Shown: piece by piece, positions 45,626 to 54,883 of the stretch
How positions within the stretch are numbered: the first letter of the stretch is position 1
Layout: every line of letters starts with the position of its first letter
Assembly (NCBI GenBank): GCA_963796055.1
Contig: CAWCKH010000004.1
Location: forward strand, 416,001-480,000
Direction of reading: 5' to 3'
DNA: 64,000 bases
From: an uncultured delta proteobacterium
GTDB taxonomy: Bacteria; Myxococcota; Myxococcia; Myxococcales; Myxococcaceae
The notes under the pieces: model-generated
The model's database searches: none
The model's input: the letters and a program-made list of their open reading frames with translations, nothing else
What the model was told of the DNA's origin: nothing
Translations under genes and position numbers: made by a program

Positions 45626-46540
45626 GTGGATCTCCTCGCCCAGTACGTGATGAACGGCGTGATGCTGGGGCTCATGTACGCCCTGGTCGCGCTGGGGTTC
45701 ACGCTCTTCTTTGGCGTGCTGGACGTGGTGCAGTTTGCCCACGGAGACGTGCTCACCGCCGGTGCCTTCGCCGGTCTCGCCGCTTACGCCGCGCTGGTCC
45801 ACGCGGGCGTGCAGTCGGCGGTCCCCCAGCTGCTCGCGGTGGTGCTCGCCGCCACGCTGTCCATGGCGGTGCTCGGCGCGGTCCTGGGCCGAATGCTGGT
45901 GCTCCCGCTCAGGGGCGCACCGGCGCTGAACGTGCTCCTCGCCACGCTGATGGGCGGCACCGCGCTCCGCGAGTGCATCCGCCTCTTCTACCCCGGTGGC
46001 TCGCAGCCGCAGCGCTTCCCCGCACTGCTCCCCAGCGCCTCGTGGTCGGTGGGGCGCTTCACCCTTCGTCTGGACAACGTGCTGATGATCGTCGCCGGGG
46101 TGCTGCTCGTCGTCGGGCTGTCGCTGGTGCTGCGGCGGACCAGGCTCGGCCTGGCCATCCGCGCGGTCGCCCAGGACGAGGAGACCGCTCGCACCATGGG
46201 GATCGACTTCCGCCAGGTGGTGCTCCTCACCTTCGCAATCGGCTCGGCGCTGGCGGCGTTCGCCGGGGTGATGAACGGGCTCTACTACAACGAGATCAAC
46301 TTCGGCTCCGGGCTGCTCCTCGGGGTGATCGGGTTCAGCGCCGCGGTGCTCGGAGGGCTGGGAAGCTTCGAGGGCGCGGTGCTCGGTGGATTCCTCTTCG
46401 CCGGGCTGCAGACGCTGGGCGCGGTCGCCCTGCCCTTCGCCTCCGCGTACAAGGACGTGTTCGCCTTCACCGTGGTCATCCTCCTCATGACCTGGAGGCC
46501 CACCGGTCTCATCGGGGAGCAGCTGGGCGAACGGGTATGA
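45626..46540 (+). CDS. livH: Liv-type ABC permease
   Basis: YALVALGFTLFFG, FAHGD, GLAIRAVAQD, AAVLGGLGS. Confidence 0.93.
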   Translation: MDLLAQYVMNGVMLGLMYALVALGFTLFFGVLDVVQFAHGDVLTAGAFAGLAAYAALVHAGVQSAVPQLLAVVLAATLSMAVLGAVLGRMLVLPLRGAPALNVLLATLMGGTALRECIRLFYPGGSQPQRFPALLPSASWSVGRFTLRLDNVLMIVAGVLLVVGLSLVLRRTRLGLAIRAVAQDEETARTMGIDFRQVVLLTFAIGSALAAFAGVMNGLYYNEINFGSGLLLGVIGFSAAVLGGLGSFEGAVLGGFLFAGLQTLGAVALPFASAYKDVFAFTVVILLMTWRPTGLIGEQLGERV

Positions 46541-47685
46541 GCGTTCCGCGTGCCGGGGCAAGGGCGCTGTCGGCAGCGGGGATCGCTGCGGTGACCGGGC
46601 TGCTCCTGTACGCCTTCCTCTCCGCCGAATCGGAGCGGACGGTGGGTCTGGTGGTCGCTGGCGCCCTGGTCGCCGTGGCAGCTGGGCTCAGGAGCCGTGT
46701 GCTCCCGAGGCTGGTCGAGGCTGCAGGACCGACGGGAGTGCTCGCCGGACTGGGAGCCGCGGCGCTGGTGCTGATCGGCGTTTTCCACGACGACCCCTTC
46801 GTGCTGCTGCTCATGGCCCGCGCGCTCCTGGTGCTGGTGGCGTGCCTGGGCCTCCACGTCCAGCTGGCCGACGCCGGCGTCCCCAACTTCGCGGGCGCAG
46901 CCTTCTTCGGCGTGGGCGGCTACACGGCGGCGGTGCTCGGCCGGGGAGCCCTCCCCCATCCGCTGGTGCTGCTCGCCAGCGCGGCCGCGGCGGCCGCGGT
47001 CGGCTCGCTGCTGCTCCTGCCACTGCTCCGGACGCGAGGCCACTACGCCGCGCTGATCACCATCGCCTTCGGGCTCCTCTTCCGGACGTTCCTCGAGGTC
47101 AACGAGACGCTCGGTGGGCCCCAGGGACTCAAGCTCGGAGGACTCCGGCTCTTCGGCTGGAGCTTCAACGACGACCGGCAGCTGCTGGGCGTCGAGTTCT
47201 CCGGATATGCGTTCTACTGTCTGGCGGCGGTCGCCCTGGCGCTGGCCGCGGTGTGGCTGGTGCGGCGGCTGGAACGCTCGTGGATCGGCGTGGCGCTCGA
47301 CGCGGTCCGACTCGACGAGACCGCGGCGGCCTGCTTCGGCATCTCCATCGGACGGTGGAAGATCGCCGCCTTCACCATCGGGAACGCCCTGATCGGTGTC
47401 GCCGGAGGGCTGTCGGCGATGATGGTGGGGTTCATCGCCCCCAACAACTTCACCTTCCAGGAATCGCTGGTCCTGGTCTCCATCCTGCTCCTTGGCGGGC
47501 TGGGCAACCTCGCCGGGCTGGCTGCGGCCGCGCTCATCGTCCTCTGGCTCCCGGAGAAGCTGCAGCCCATCCAGGAGTACCGGTATCTCCTGTTCTCGGT
47601 CCTGGTGGTGCTGGTGCTGGTGCTCCGCCCCACGGGGCTGATCCGGCGAAGCGTCCGCCGGCCTTTTGGGAGCGTGGCCGCGTGA
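46537..47685 (+). CDS. livM: Liv-type ABC permease
   Basis: AAFFGVGGY, RGHYAALITIAFG, AVRLDETAA; ATGA overlap. Confidence 0.9.
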   Translation: MSVPRAGARALSAAGIAAVTGLLLYAFLSAESERTVGLVVAGALVAVAAGLRSRVLPRLVEAAGPTGVLAGLGAAALVLIGVFHDDPFVLLLMARALLVLVACLGLHVQLADAGVPNFAGAAFFGVGGYTAAVLGRGALPHPLVLLASAAAAAAVGSLLLLPLLRTRGHYAALITIAFGLLFRTFLEVNETLGGPQGLKLGGLRLFGWSFNDDRQLLGVEFSGYAFYCLAAVALALAAVWLVRRLERSWIGVALDAVRLDETAAACFGISIGRWKIAAFTIGNALIGVAGGLSAMMVGFIAPNNFTFQESLVLVSILLLGGLGNLAGLAAAALIVLWLPEKLQPIQEYRYLLFSVLVVLVLVLRPTGLIRRSVRRPFGSVAA

Positions 47686-48464
47686 GCTCGCCCGAGGCCC
47701 TCCTGGTGACCCGCGGGCTCACGCGCCAGTTCGGCGGGCTGGTGGCGCTCGCCGGGCTGGACCTGGAGGTCCGGCGGGGGGAGCTCCTCGGGCTCATCGG
47801 ACCCAACGGCTCGGGGAAGACCACCTTCTTCAACGTCCTCACCGGACTGTTTCCGGCGAGCCGGGGCGAGGTGCTCTTCGCCGGAGCCTCGCTCGGCCGC
47901 GCCACCCCCCAGGCCATCTGCCGCGCCGGCATCACCCGCACCTTCCAGCGCTCGCGGTTGTGTCTCGACCTGTCGATCTTCGACAATCTGGCCATCGGAG
48001 CGCACCAGCGGCTCGATCACCGGCTGTGGTTCAACGTGCTCCGCCGCACCGCTCTGGCGAGGCAGGCTGACGCGACCAGGACGGCGGCGACGGTGCTGCT
48101 GGAGATCTTCGACCCTCCGCTGGCGCGACGACTGTTCGAGCCGATGACGGGCGTGGCGATGATCGACCGTCGCCGGGTGGAGATCTGCCGGGCGCTCATG
48201 AGCCATCCCCGGCTCCTGCTCCTCGACGAGCCTTCGGCGGGGATGACCGGGGAGGAGACCACCCGCCTGATGGACGACATCCTCGAGGTGCGCCGGCGGT
48301 TCGGAGACCTGACCATCGTGCTCATCGAGCACGAGATGTCAGTGATCGAGCGGGTCACCGACCGGTGCGTGGTGCTGAACTACGGGAAGAAGCTCTGCGA
48401 GGGCACCTTCGCCGAGGTATCCAGCGACCCCGAGGTCCGCCGGGCGTACCTGGGGGTGACATGA
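47682..48464 (+). CDS. livG: Liv-type ABC ATPase
   Basis: GPNGSGKTT, RTFQ, LLLDEP, IEHEM, VRRAYLG. Confidence 0.93.
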   Translation: MSSPEALLVTRGLTRQFGGLVALAGLDLEVRRGELLGLIGPNGSGKTTFFNVLTGLFPASRGEVLFAGASLGRATPQAICRAGITRTFQRSRLCLDLSIFDNLAIGAHQRLDHRLWFNVLRRTALARQADATRTAATVLLEIFDPPLARRLFEPMTGVAMIDRRRVEICRALMSHPRLLLLDEPSAGMTGEETTRLMDDILEVRRRFGDLTIVLIEHEMSVIERVTDRCVVLNYGKKLCEGTFAEVSSDPEVRRAYLGVT

Positions 48465-49204
48465 CGGGTCCGGACGACGCGCTGGTCATCGAGCACGTGT
48501 TCACCGGCTACGACCGGGCGGACGTGCTGCAGGACGTCTCGCTCCGGATCGAGCCCGGGTCCATCACCTGCCTGCTCGGATCGAACGGTTCGGGGAAGAC
48601 CACCCTCATCCGCTCCATCCTCGGGCTCACCCCCCCAAGGAGCGGGCGCATTGCGTTCGCCGGGGCCGAGCTCACCCGTCTGCCAACCCACCGCATCGTC
48701 CGCCTGGGCATCGGTTGCATTCCGGAGGGACGTCGGGTCTTCCCCCGGCTCTCCGTTCTGGAGAATCTCCTGGTCGCCGCCCACGGCGAGCGAAGGCCCG
48801 AGGTCGTGGGCCGGAGGCTCGAACGCGTGTTCGCCACCTTCCCCGCGCTGGCCGACCGACGGACGCAGCTCGCGGGCACGATGTCCGGTGGCGAGCAAGC
48901 CATGGTGTCCATCGGGCGCGGTCTGATGTCGGAGCCCCGGCTGCTCCTGGTGGACGAGCCGTCGCTCGGCCTATCTCCCCGGCTGGTGCAGGAGACCTTC
49001 GCCGTGCTCAGGCAGATCCACCAGGCCGGAGTGACCATCTTCCTGGTCGAGCAGAATGTGCACCAGACCCTCGGCATCGCCACCCGCGGGTATGTCCTGG
49101 CCAAGGGGCGAGTGATGACGTCCGGCACCGCCGCCGAGCTGCGCGCCGACCCGCAGATGCACGCGGCTTACTTCGGAGCCGGCGGAACGGAGGCGAGGCG
49201 ATGA
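48461..49204 (+). CDS. livF: Liv-type ABC ATPase
   Basis: GSNGSGKTT, PEGRRVF, MSGGEQ, DEPSLGLSP, VEQN. Confidence 0.95.
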   Translation: MTGPDDALVIEHVFTGYDRADVLQDVSLRIEPGSITCLLGSNGSGKTTLIRSILGLTPPRSGRIAFAGAELTRLPTHRIVRLGIGCIPEGRRVFPRLSVLENLLVAAHGERRPEVVGRRLERVFATFPALADRRTQLAGTMSGGEQAMVSIGRGLMSEPRLLLVDEPSLGLSPRLVQETFAVLRQIHQAGVTIFLVEQNVHQTLGIATRGYVLAKGRVMTSGTAAELRADPQMHAAYFGAGGTEARR

Positions 49205-50325
49205 GCGTCGATCCAGTAGCCCTCACCCAGCAGCTCGTGCGGTTCGACACCATCAACCCCACCAGCCCGGAGCTCGACTGTGCGCGCTTCCTCGCCGAGC
49301 TGCTCGAGGACGGCGGCTTTCGGGTGCGGCTCCACGAGTTCGCCCCGGGCCGGGCGAGCCTGGTGGCGACCGCGCCGGGAGGGAGCAAGCCCCCGTTGTG
49401 CTTCGCCGGGCACATCGACACGGTGCCGCTCGGGGCCGCGCCCTGGAGGCGGAACCCGTTCGCCGGCGAGACCGACGGCGGCCGCCTCTACGGCCGCGGC
49501 TCGAGCGACATGAAGAGCGGCATCGCCGCCCTGGCCTGCGCGGCGCTCGACCTGGTGCGGTCGAGCGCGCTGCGTGACGCCGGGCTCACGCTGGTCTTCG
49601 TCGCCGGGGAGGAGACGGGCTGCGAGGGCGCCGCCCATCTGGCGCGGACCACCGGCGCGCTCGGGACCGCCGGAGCGATGGTGGTGGGAGAGCCGACCGG
49701 AGGCGCTCCGCTGGTCGGGCACAAGGGCGCGCTGTGGCTGGAGGCGCGGACGCGGGGAGTGACCGCGCACGGCTCGATGCCCGAGCGTGGGGTGAACGCC
49801 GTGTACCGGGCGGCCCGTGCGGTGTCGACGCTCGAGGCGTTCCGGTTCGACGTGTCGCCAGACCCTCTACTCGGGCGTCCCACCCTGAACGTGGGCACCA
49901 TCCGGGGCGGGCTGAACGTCAACTCGGTCCCGGACGAGGCGGTCATCGGGATCGACATTCGCACCGTGCCGGCACAGCGGCACGCGCAGGTGCGTGAGGA
50001 CCTCGCCCGGGTGCTCGGCCCCGACGTCGAGCTGAGCGCCCGGGTGGACGTGCCCGGGGTGCGCACCGACGAGCAGGACCCGTTCATCCGCCTGGTGTAC
50101 GAGCTCACCGAGCGACGGCAGGGGAAGTGGCCGGAGCCGGCCAGCGCACCCTACTTCACCGACGCGAGCATTCTGACGCCTGCGTTCGGCGGCATCCCCA
50201 CCGTCATCCTTGGACCCGGGGAGCTGGTCCAGGCGCACCAGACCGACGAGTACGCCGTGGTTCGCTGCATCGAGGAGACCACCGACCTCTACCGCGAGCT
50301 GGGCCGCCGCTGGTGCGGCGCCTGA
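49201..50325 (+). CDS. M20 metallopeptidase (DapE/ArgE-like)
   Basis: GHIDTVP, GRGSSDMKSG, GEE, GEPT, AHQTDE; ATGA overlap with livF. Confidence 0.93.
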   Translation: MSVDPVALTQQLVRFDTINPTSPELDCARFLAELLEDGGFRVRLHEFAPGRASLVATAPGGSKPPLCFAGHIDTVPLGAAPWRRNPFAGETDGGRLYGRGSSDMKSGIAALACAALDLVRSSALRDAGLTLVFVAGEETGCEGAAHLARTTGALGTAGAMVVGEPTGGAPLVGHKGALWLEARTRGVTAHGSMPERGVNAVYRAARAVSTLEAFRFDVSPDPLLGRPTLNVGTIRGGLNVNSVPDEAVIGIDIRTVPAQRHAQVREDLARVLGPDVELSARVDVPGVRTDEQDPFIRLVYELTERRQGKWPEPASAPYFTDASILTPAFGGIPTVILGPGELVQAHQTDEYAVVRCIEETTDLYRELGRRWCGA

Positions 50326-50409
50326 GGCGAGCGCTCAAGGAGTCCTGGGCATGGACCGCAGCAGCGACCGGAGGTCGCCAGTGGCTGCTCCGGGCCACCA
50401 CCGTCACGC

Positions 50410-50712
50410 TCACGCCAGCCTGGGCGTGGACGGTCCTGCGTATCTGGGGTGTCGGCCCATGATCGCGCGCCGGCACCGTGGGCAGTAGAACGTCGCGTCG
50501 CTGCCGGCCACGCGCCCGTCGTACTCCTCGAATCGGATGTAGTCGGCGAGCCCGAGCCGCGCGCGCAGCGAGCCGGCATCGAAGGTGCAGTCCACCGGAG
50601 CCCACAGCCCCCACTCCGGTCCGTAGGGGCTGGGCACGGGCTCGCCGATCTGCACGCCGTGTCTCTCCAGCTCCGTCTCCAGAGGCTCGAGGTGTGCGCA
50701 GGTCCTGGGCAT
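50410..50712 (-). CDS. small hypothetical protein with Cys/His motifs
   Basis: CAH, VDC, CPRC; 100 aa; coding GC3 pattern. Confidence 0.65.
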   Translation of the reverse strand: MPRTCAHLEPLETELERHGVQIGEPVPSPYGPEWGLWAPVDCTFDAGSLRARLGLADYIRFEEYDGRVAGSDATFYCPRCRRAIMGRHPRYAGPSTPRLA

Positions 50713-50731
50713 GGGAGGCTCCGCTCCCATC

Positions 50732-51549
50732 ATGCCACGGGTGGAGATCAGCGACGGCGGCCGGGCCGGATCGGTCACCTATTGCGAGGGAGTCCACAGC
50801 GCCGACTTCTACTGGGAGTTCGCGCTCTCCCCTGCCCTGGCGATCATCACCGGGCCGAAGGCGGGCGAGTGGGAGCGCGCCTGCCCCTGGGCCACTGGAC
50901 GTCAGGCGGAGGTCTTCGCCCACGTCGCTGGCGAGGTCGTCCGGCAGAAGGCGCCCGGAACCACCCCGGAGATCGATCTCGCCGCCGGGACCATCACCCT
51001 CCTCGAGCCCACGCGCACCCCAGGACGGAAGCGACGTGGCAAGTCGCCGGCCGGACCCCTCGACGCGGTGGGTGAGCTCGAGGATGACGAGCTCGAGGCG
51101 CTCATCGACCTCATCCTCGCCGAGGGCATGAGCGGACGCGCCGTCGATGCGCTCGCCCAGATCGATCGCCCCCGGGCAAGGGCGGCGGTCGAGGAGGCCG
51201 CGCGCGACCACCTCTCGGTGGACATCCGGCTCGCCGCGGCCGAGGCGCTGCACGCCCGCGGTCAGCTCGACCTCGAGCCGGTCCTCACCCGGGAGCTCCG
51301 GGCCCTGAACCTCCCATCGGACGGGCTCGCACGGGCGCTGCGGCTCGCCGAGGCCCATCCGACCGAGGCGGTGAAGCAGGCGCTCCTCTGGGCGAGCTGG
51401 AACCAGACCGGCTGGTGTGCGGGTCGGAGGCGGTCGGCGCGATGTCGGCCGTGCTCCTCGGTCTCGGGCTGCACCGGAGCTACTTCGAGCGGAAGTCCGC
51501 CTTCGACGCGCTCTGCCAGCGCGTGGAGATGACCCTCGACCCCGGGTAG
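50732..51549 (+). CDS. hypothetical HEAT-repeat-like protein, apparent frameshift near 51420
   Basis: Helical repeats (DIRLAAAEAL); protein-like tail LGLHRSYFERKSAFDALCQRVEMTLDPG* is in another frame. Confidence 0.6.
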
Positions 51550-51569
51550 GGTCGGCTTCAGGAGGACCG

Positions 51570-52220
51570 ATGACTCGCCTGCGAGTCCAGAGCTTTGGCA
51601 TCTCACTCGACGGATTCGGCGCCGGGCCCGGCCAGGACCTCGAGCACCCTCTGGGCGCCGGAGGGGAAGCGCTGCACGAATGGGTCTTCCCCACCCGGAC
51701 CTTCAAGCGGATGTTCGGAAGCGGCGAGGGTACGACGGGAATCGACGACGACTTCGCCGCCCGGGGCTTCGAGAACGTCGGCGCGTGGATCCTCGGGCGG
51801 AACATGTTCGGCCCGATCCGCGGTCCCTGGCCCGACGACACATGGAAGGGGTGGTGGGGCGACGAGCCGCCGTACCACGTCCCGGTATTCGTGCTCACCC
51901 ATCAGTCGCGGCCCTCGATCCCGATGAAGGGCGGGACGACCTTTCACTTCGTCACCGGCGGGATCCACGAGGCGCTCGACCGCGCGCGCGAGGCCGCTGG
52001 AGGGAGGGACGTCCGACTTGGAGGGGGCGTGTCGATGGTCCGGCAGTACCTGCGCGCCGGGCTGGTCGACGAATTGCACCTGGTAGTCTCGCCGGTCGTG
52101 CTCGGAAGCGGGGAGCATCTCCTGTCCGGAATCAATCTCCTCGAGCTCGGCTTACGGCCCACCGAGCACGTCGCATCGGAGAAGGCGCTCCACGTCGTGC
52201 TGACCCGTTCGTCGACCTGA
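51570..52220 (+). CDS. dihydrofolate reductase family (RibD C-terminal-like) protein
   Basis: ISLDGFGAG, ILGRNMF, PVFVLTH, GGG, AGLVDELHL; AGGAGG RBS. Confidence 0.93.
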   Translation: MTRLRVQSFGISLDGFGAGPGQDLEHPLGAGGEALHEWVFPTRTFKRMFGSGEGTTGIDDDFAARGFENVGAWILGRNMFGPIRGPWPDDTWKGWWGDEPPYHVPVFVLTHQSRPSIPMKGGTTFHFVTGGIHEALDRAREAAGGRDVRLGGGVSMVRQYLRAGLVDELHLVVSPVVLGSGEHLLSGINLLELGLRPTEHVASEKALHVVLTRSST

Positions 52221-52253
52221 AGTCCGCTGGCGGTCCGCAGGACACCGCTCGCT

Positions 52254-53888
52254 TCAGAAGCGGTGCCGGAACAGCGACGCATACGAGGGCAGCGCGTCGC
52301 GCCAGAACCGGATCTTCTTCCCCTCGGCGAAGCCGCGCGCCACGTAGTTGACCGGCACCTCCATCGGCGAGTGGCCGTTCCTGGCCAGCTTGCAGGCCAG
52401 CTCGATGTCCAGCTCGAAGCCGTTGGACTTCAGATCCAGCCCGTCGAGGCACTCGGCGCGGAACACCTTGAACATGGTGTTCACGTCGGTGACGCGCTGC
52501 TGGTAGAGCACGCTGTAGGTGCGGGCGAACACCAGCTGGGCGAAGTTGAGGAGTAGCCCGCGCACCGGCGTCGCCTCGAACTTGCGCACCTTCCAGTCGT
52601 CGAGGCCGAGACTGCGCGAGCCGAGCACGAAGGTGGCCTTGTGCTGGAGCAGCGGCTCGAGGAGAGCGTCGTAGTCGTCGATGTCGTACTCGAAGTCGGC
52701 GTCCTGGATGAGCACGATGGTGCCGGTGACGTGGGCCAGGCCGGTCCGCACCGCATGGCCCTTGCCACGCGGCCGGTCCTCGAGCACCAGGCGCACCCCG
52801 CGCCGGCCGGCGTAGCCCTCGACGATCGCCCGGGTCCCGTCGGTGGAATTGCTCTCCACGATGATCAGCTCGCGGTCGATCTTCAGCGGCTTGGCGAGCA
52901 CCGCGTCGATGACCTCGGCCACGTAGCGGGCCTCGTTGTAGACCGGCAGCACGATCGACAGCTTCTCGCCGACATTCGCCTCGCCGGAGCGCCGGCCGAA
53001 CACCGCCACCCGGTTGCCGGAGCGCACCGGCATCTCCACGTCCCCGAGCGGCGTGGAACGCAGCACGGTCGAGAGCGCCGGCTGGACCACGATGCGGGAG
53101 ACGATGTCCCCGGCGTAGCGCGCGGTGCGCCTGACAGGAAGCGCATACTGAGTCTTGAGGACCAGCCCCATGCGCCCGGCCAGAGCGGTGAGGTTGCCGG
53201 TGCTGAGGAAGGTCGCCTTGTGGTCGAAGAACTGCGACCAGTACTTGCGCATCATCCGCGCCGGGATCGAGTCCGCGTTGGTATAGGTGACCACGAACAG
53301 CGTCTCCGGCGGCAGCGCCCCCACGAGGTGTGAGAGGACGGCGTGCGGAGCGGCCAGGGACTCCAAGAGCTCGGCCAGGATGACGACCTGTGGTTCCCGT
53401 GCCAGGTAGGGAGCGGCCCACTCCATGTCGGAGTCGAGCGCCAGGCGGGTGAAACGCGCGTCGTCGAAGCCGGCGACCTCCAGGCCGACCCGCGCCGCCG
53501 ACGGCACCCGCGCGAACTCCGGCAAGTACCTTCCGAGGAGCAGCGTGCGCCGGAGCGGCGTTCCCCCGATGTGCTGGTGATCGCGCTCCACGCGCTGGAG
53601 CAGGCGCTCGAAGTCCTCGGACATGAGCTCCCGGTCACGCGGGTGCGAGAAGTTCTGGATTCGCTCGATGTCGAGGTCGTTGAACGGCCTCTCGCGCGTC
53701 GGGTTGACGTAGACCGCGCCGCAGGCGGTGCAGCGCACGAACCGGACGCCGGCGCGATGGAAGAGATAGCTCGCCCGGTCGGCCTGGCAGGCCGGGCAGT
53801 CCACGAAGCGGCTGTGGGCGCGGGCGGTTCGCACCGCCGAGGTGGGGGCGAACTGGAACGAGCGCGCCGGGTTGTCCGTCCGGGTCAC
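52254..53888 (-). CDS. fusion: Zn-ribbon + degenerate SAM-methyltransferase-like domain + DPM-synthase-like GT2
   Basis: CPAC...CTAC; C-terminal LSIVLPVYNE, STDGT, GKGHAVRTG, IQDADFEYD, GSR, EVPVNYVAR...GKK. Confidence 0.85.
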   Translation of the reverse strand: MTRTDNPARSFQFAPTSAVRTARAHSRFVDCPACQADRASYLFHRAGVRFVRCTACGAVYVNPTRERPFNDLDIERIQNFSHPRDRELMSEDFERLLQRVERDHQHIGGTPLRRTLLLGRYLPEFARVPSAARVGLEVAGFDDARFTRLALDSDMEWAAPYLAREPQVVILAELLESLAAPHAVLSHLVGALPPETLFVVTYTNADSIPARMMRKYWSQFFDHKATFLSTGNLTALAGRMGLVLKTQYALPVRRTARYAGDIVSRIVVQPALSTVLRSTPLGDVEMPVRSGNRVAVFGRRSGEANVGEKLSIVLPVYNEARYVAEVIDAVLAKPLKIDRELIIVESNSTDGTRAIVEGYAGRRGVRLVLEDRPRGKGHAVRTGLAHVTGTIVLIQDADFEYDIDDYDALLEPLLQHKATFVLGSRSLGLDDWKVRKFEATPVRGLLLNFAQLVFARTYSVLYQQRVTDVNTMFKVFRAECLDGLDLKSNGFELDIELACKLARNGHSPMEVPVNYVARGFAEGKKIRFWRDALPSYASLFRHRF

Positions 53889-54883
53889 GGCGAGAGGACC
53901 TCCGCAGGCCGCTGGCGGTGGTCCACGAAGGGGTGGGCCTCGAGGAACGCCAGCGTCTCGACGATGCTCTCCTCGATGCTGCGGGTGGGGGCCCAGCCGA
54001 GCGCGCGCAGGCGCCCGGTGTCGAGGAGGATGCGGGGCGAGTCCCCCACCCAGCCGCGCTCTCCGCCGAGGTGCACGATCCGCGGGTTCACGCCCAGGGT
54101 GGCGGTGATGACGGCGACGCTCTCATCGACCTCGATCCACTCCTGGTGCCCGAGGTTGAAGAGGTTGATCGGCTCCCGCGCCTGCTCGATGGCCAGCAGC
54201 ATGCCGTTCACGCAGTCGCCGACGTGGAGGTAGCTCTTCCTCTGGCGGCCGTTGCCCAGCACCTCGAGGCGGGTGGGGTCGCGCCGCAGCCGGCGCCAGA
54301 AGTCGATGACGTGCCCGTGGGTGTAGCGGGCGCCGAGCAGCGAGACGAAGCGGAAGATCCACACCCGGAAGCCGTAGCCCAGCGCGTACGAGGTGAGGAG
54401 CCCCTCGGCGGCCAGCTTCGAGGTGGCGTAGATCGACGTCTGGATGGGGAACGGCGCGTCCTCGGGGGTGGGCACCACCGTGGCCTCGCCGTAGACCGAG
54501 CCGGTCGAGGCGAAGGCCACCTCGCGCACCCCCGCCGCGCGCATCGCCTCGAGCAGGTTCTGGGTGGCCACCACGTTCTGGTCGATGCACCTGCGCGGCT
54601 CGAGGAGGTTGTCCTTGATGTCGGCGTTGGCCGCCAGGTGGAACACGAAGTCGCAGCCCTCCAGGGCGCGCCCCGCGGCCACCGGATCGAGAAGGTCGGC
54701 CTCGACCAGGCGAGCACCCGCGGGCACGAACTGCCGCCAGCCGGTGGAGAAGTTGTCGAGGATGGTGACCTCGGCTCCCTGCGCCAGGAGCCGATCGGCG
54801 ACATGGCTGCCGACGAAGCCGGCGCCTCCGGTCACCAGCACCCGCCGCCCCGCGAAGCTCGCCATCGACGCCGGTACGGCCAT
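53885..54883 (-). CDS. NAD-dependent epimerase/dehydratase (extended SDR)
   Basis: TGGAGFVG, HLAANAD, STGSVYG, YATSK; TGATG overlap with the transaldolase. Confidence 0.92.
   Translation of the reverse strand: MAVPASMASFAGRRVLVTGGAGFVGSHVADRLLAQGAEVTILDNFSTGWRQFVPAGARLVEADLLDPVAAGRALEGCDFVFHLAANADIKDNLLEPRRCIDQNVVATQNLLEAMRAAGVREVAFASTGSVYGEATVVPTPEDAPFPIQTSIYATSKLAAEGLLTSYALGYGFRVWIFRFVSLLGARYTHGHVIDFWRRLRRDPTRLEVLGNGRQRKSYLHVGDCVNGMLLAIEQAREPINLFNLGHQEWIEVDESVAVITATLGVNPRIVHLGGERGWVGDSPRILLDTGRLRALGWAPTRSIEESIVETLAFLEAHPFVDHRQRPAEVLSP

Noticed and set aside
50342..50714. 13-bp direct repeat GTCCTGGGCATGG flanking the small Cys-rich gene, as a target-site duplication
   Set aside because: One copy contains the gene's own start codon, there are no terminal inverted repeats or recombinase, and such matches are expected by chance at this GC content.
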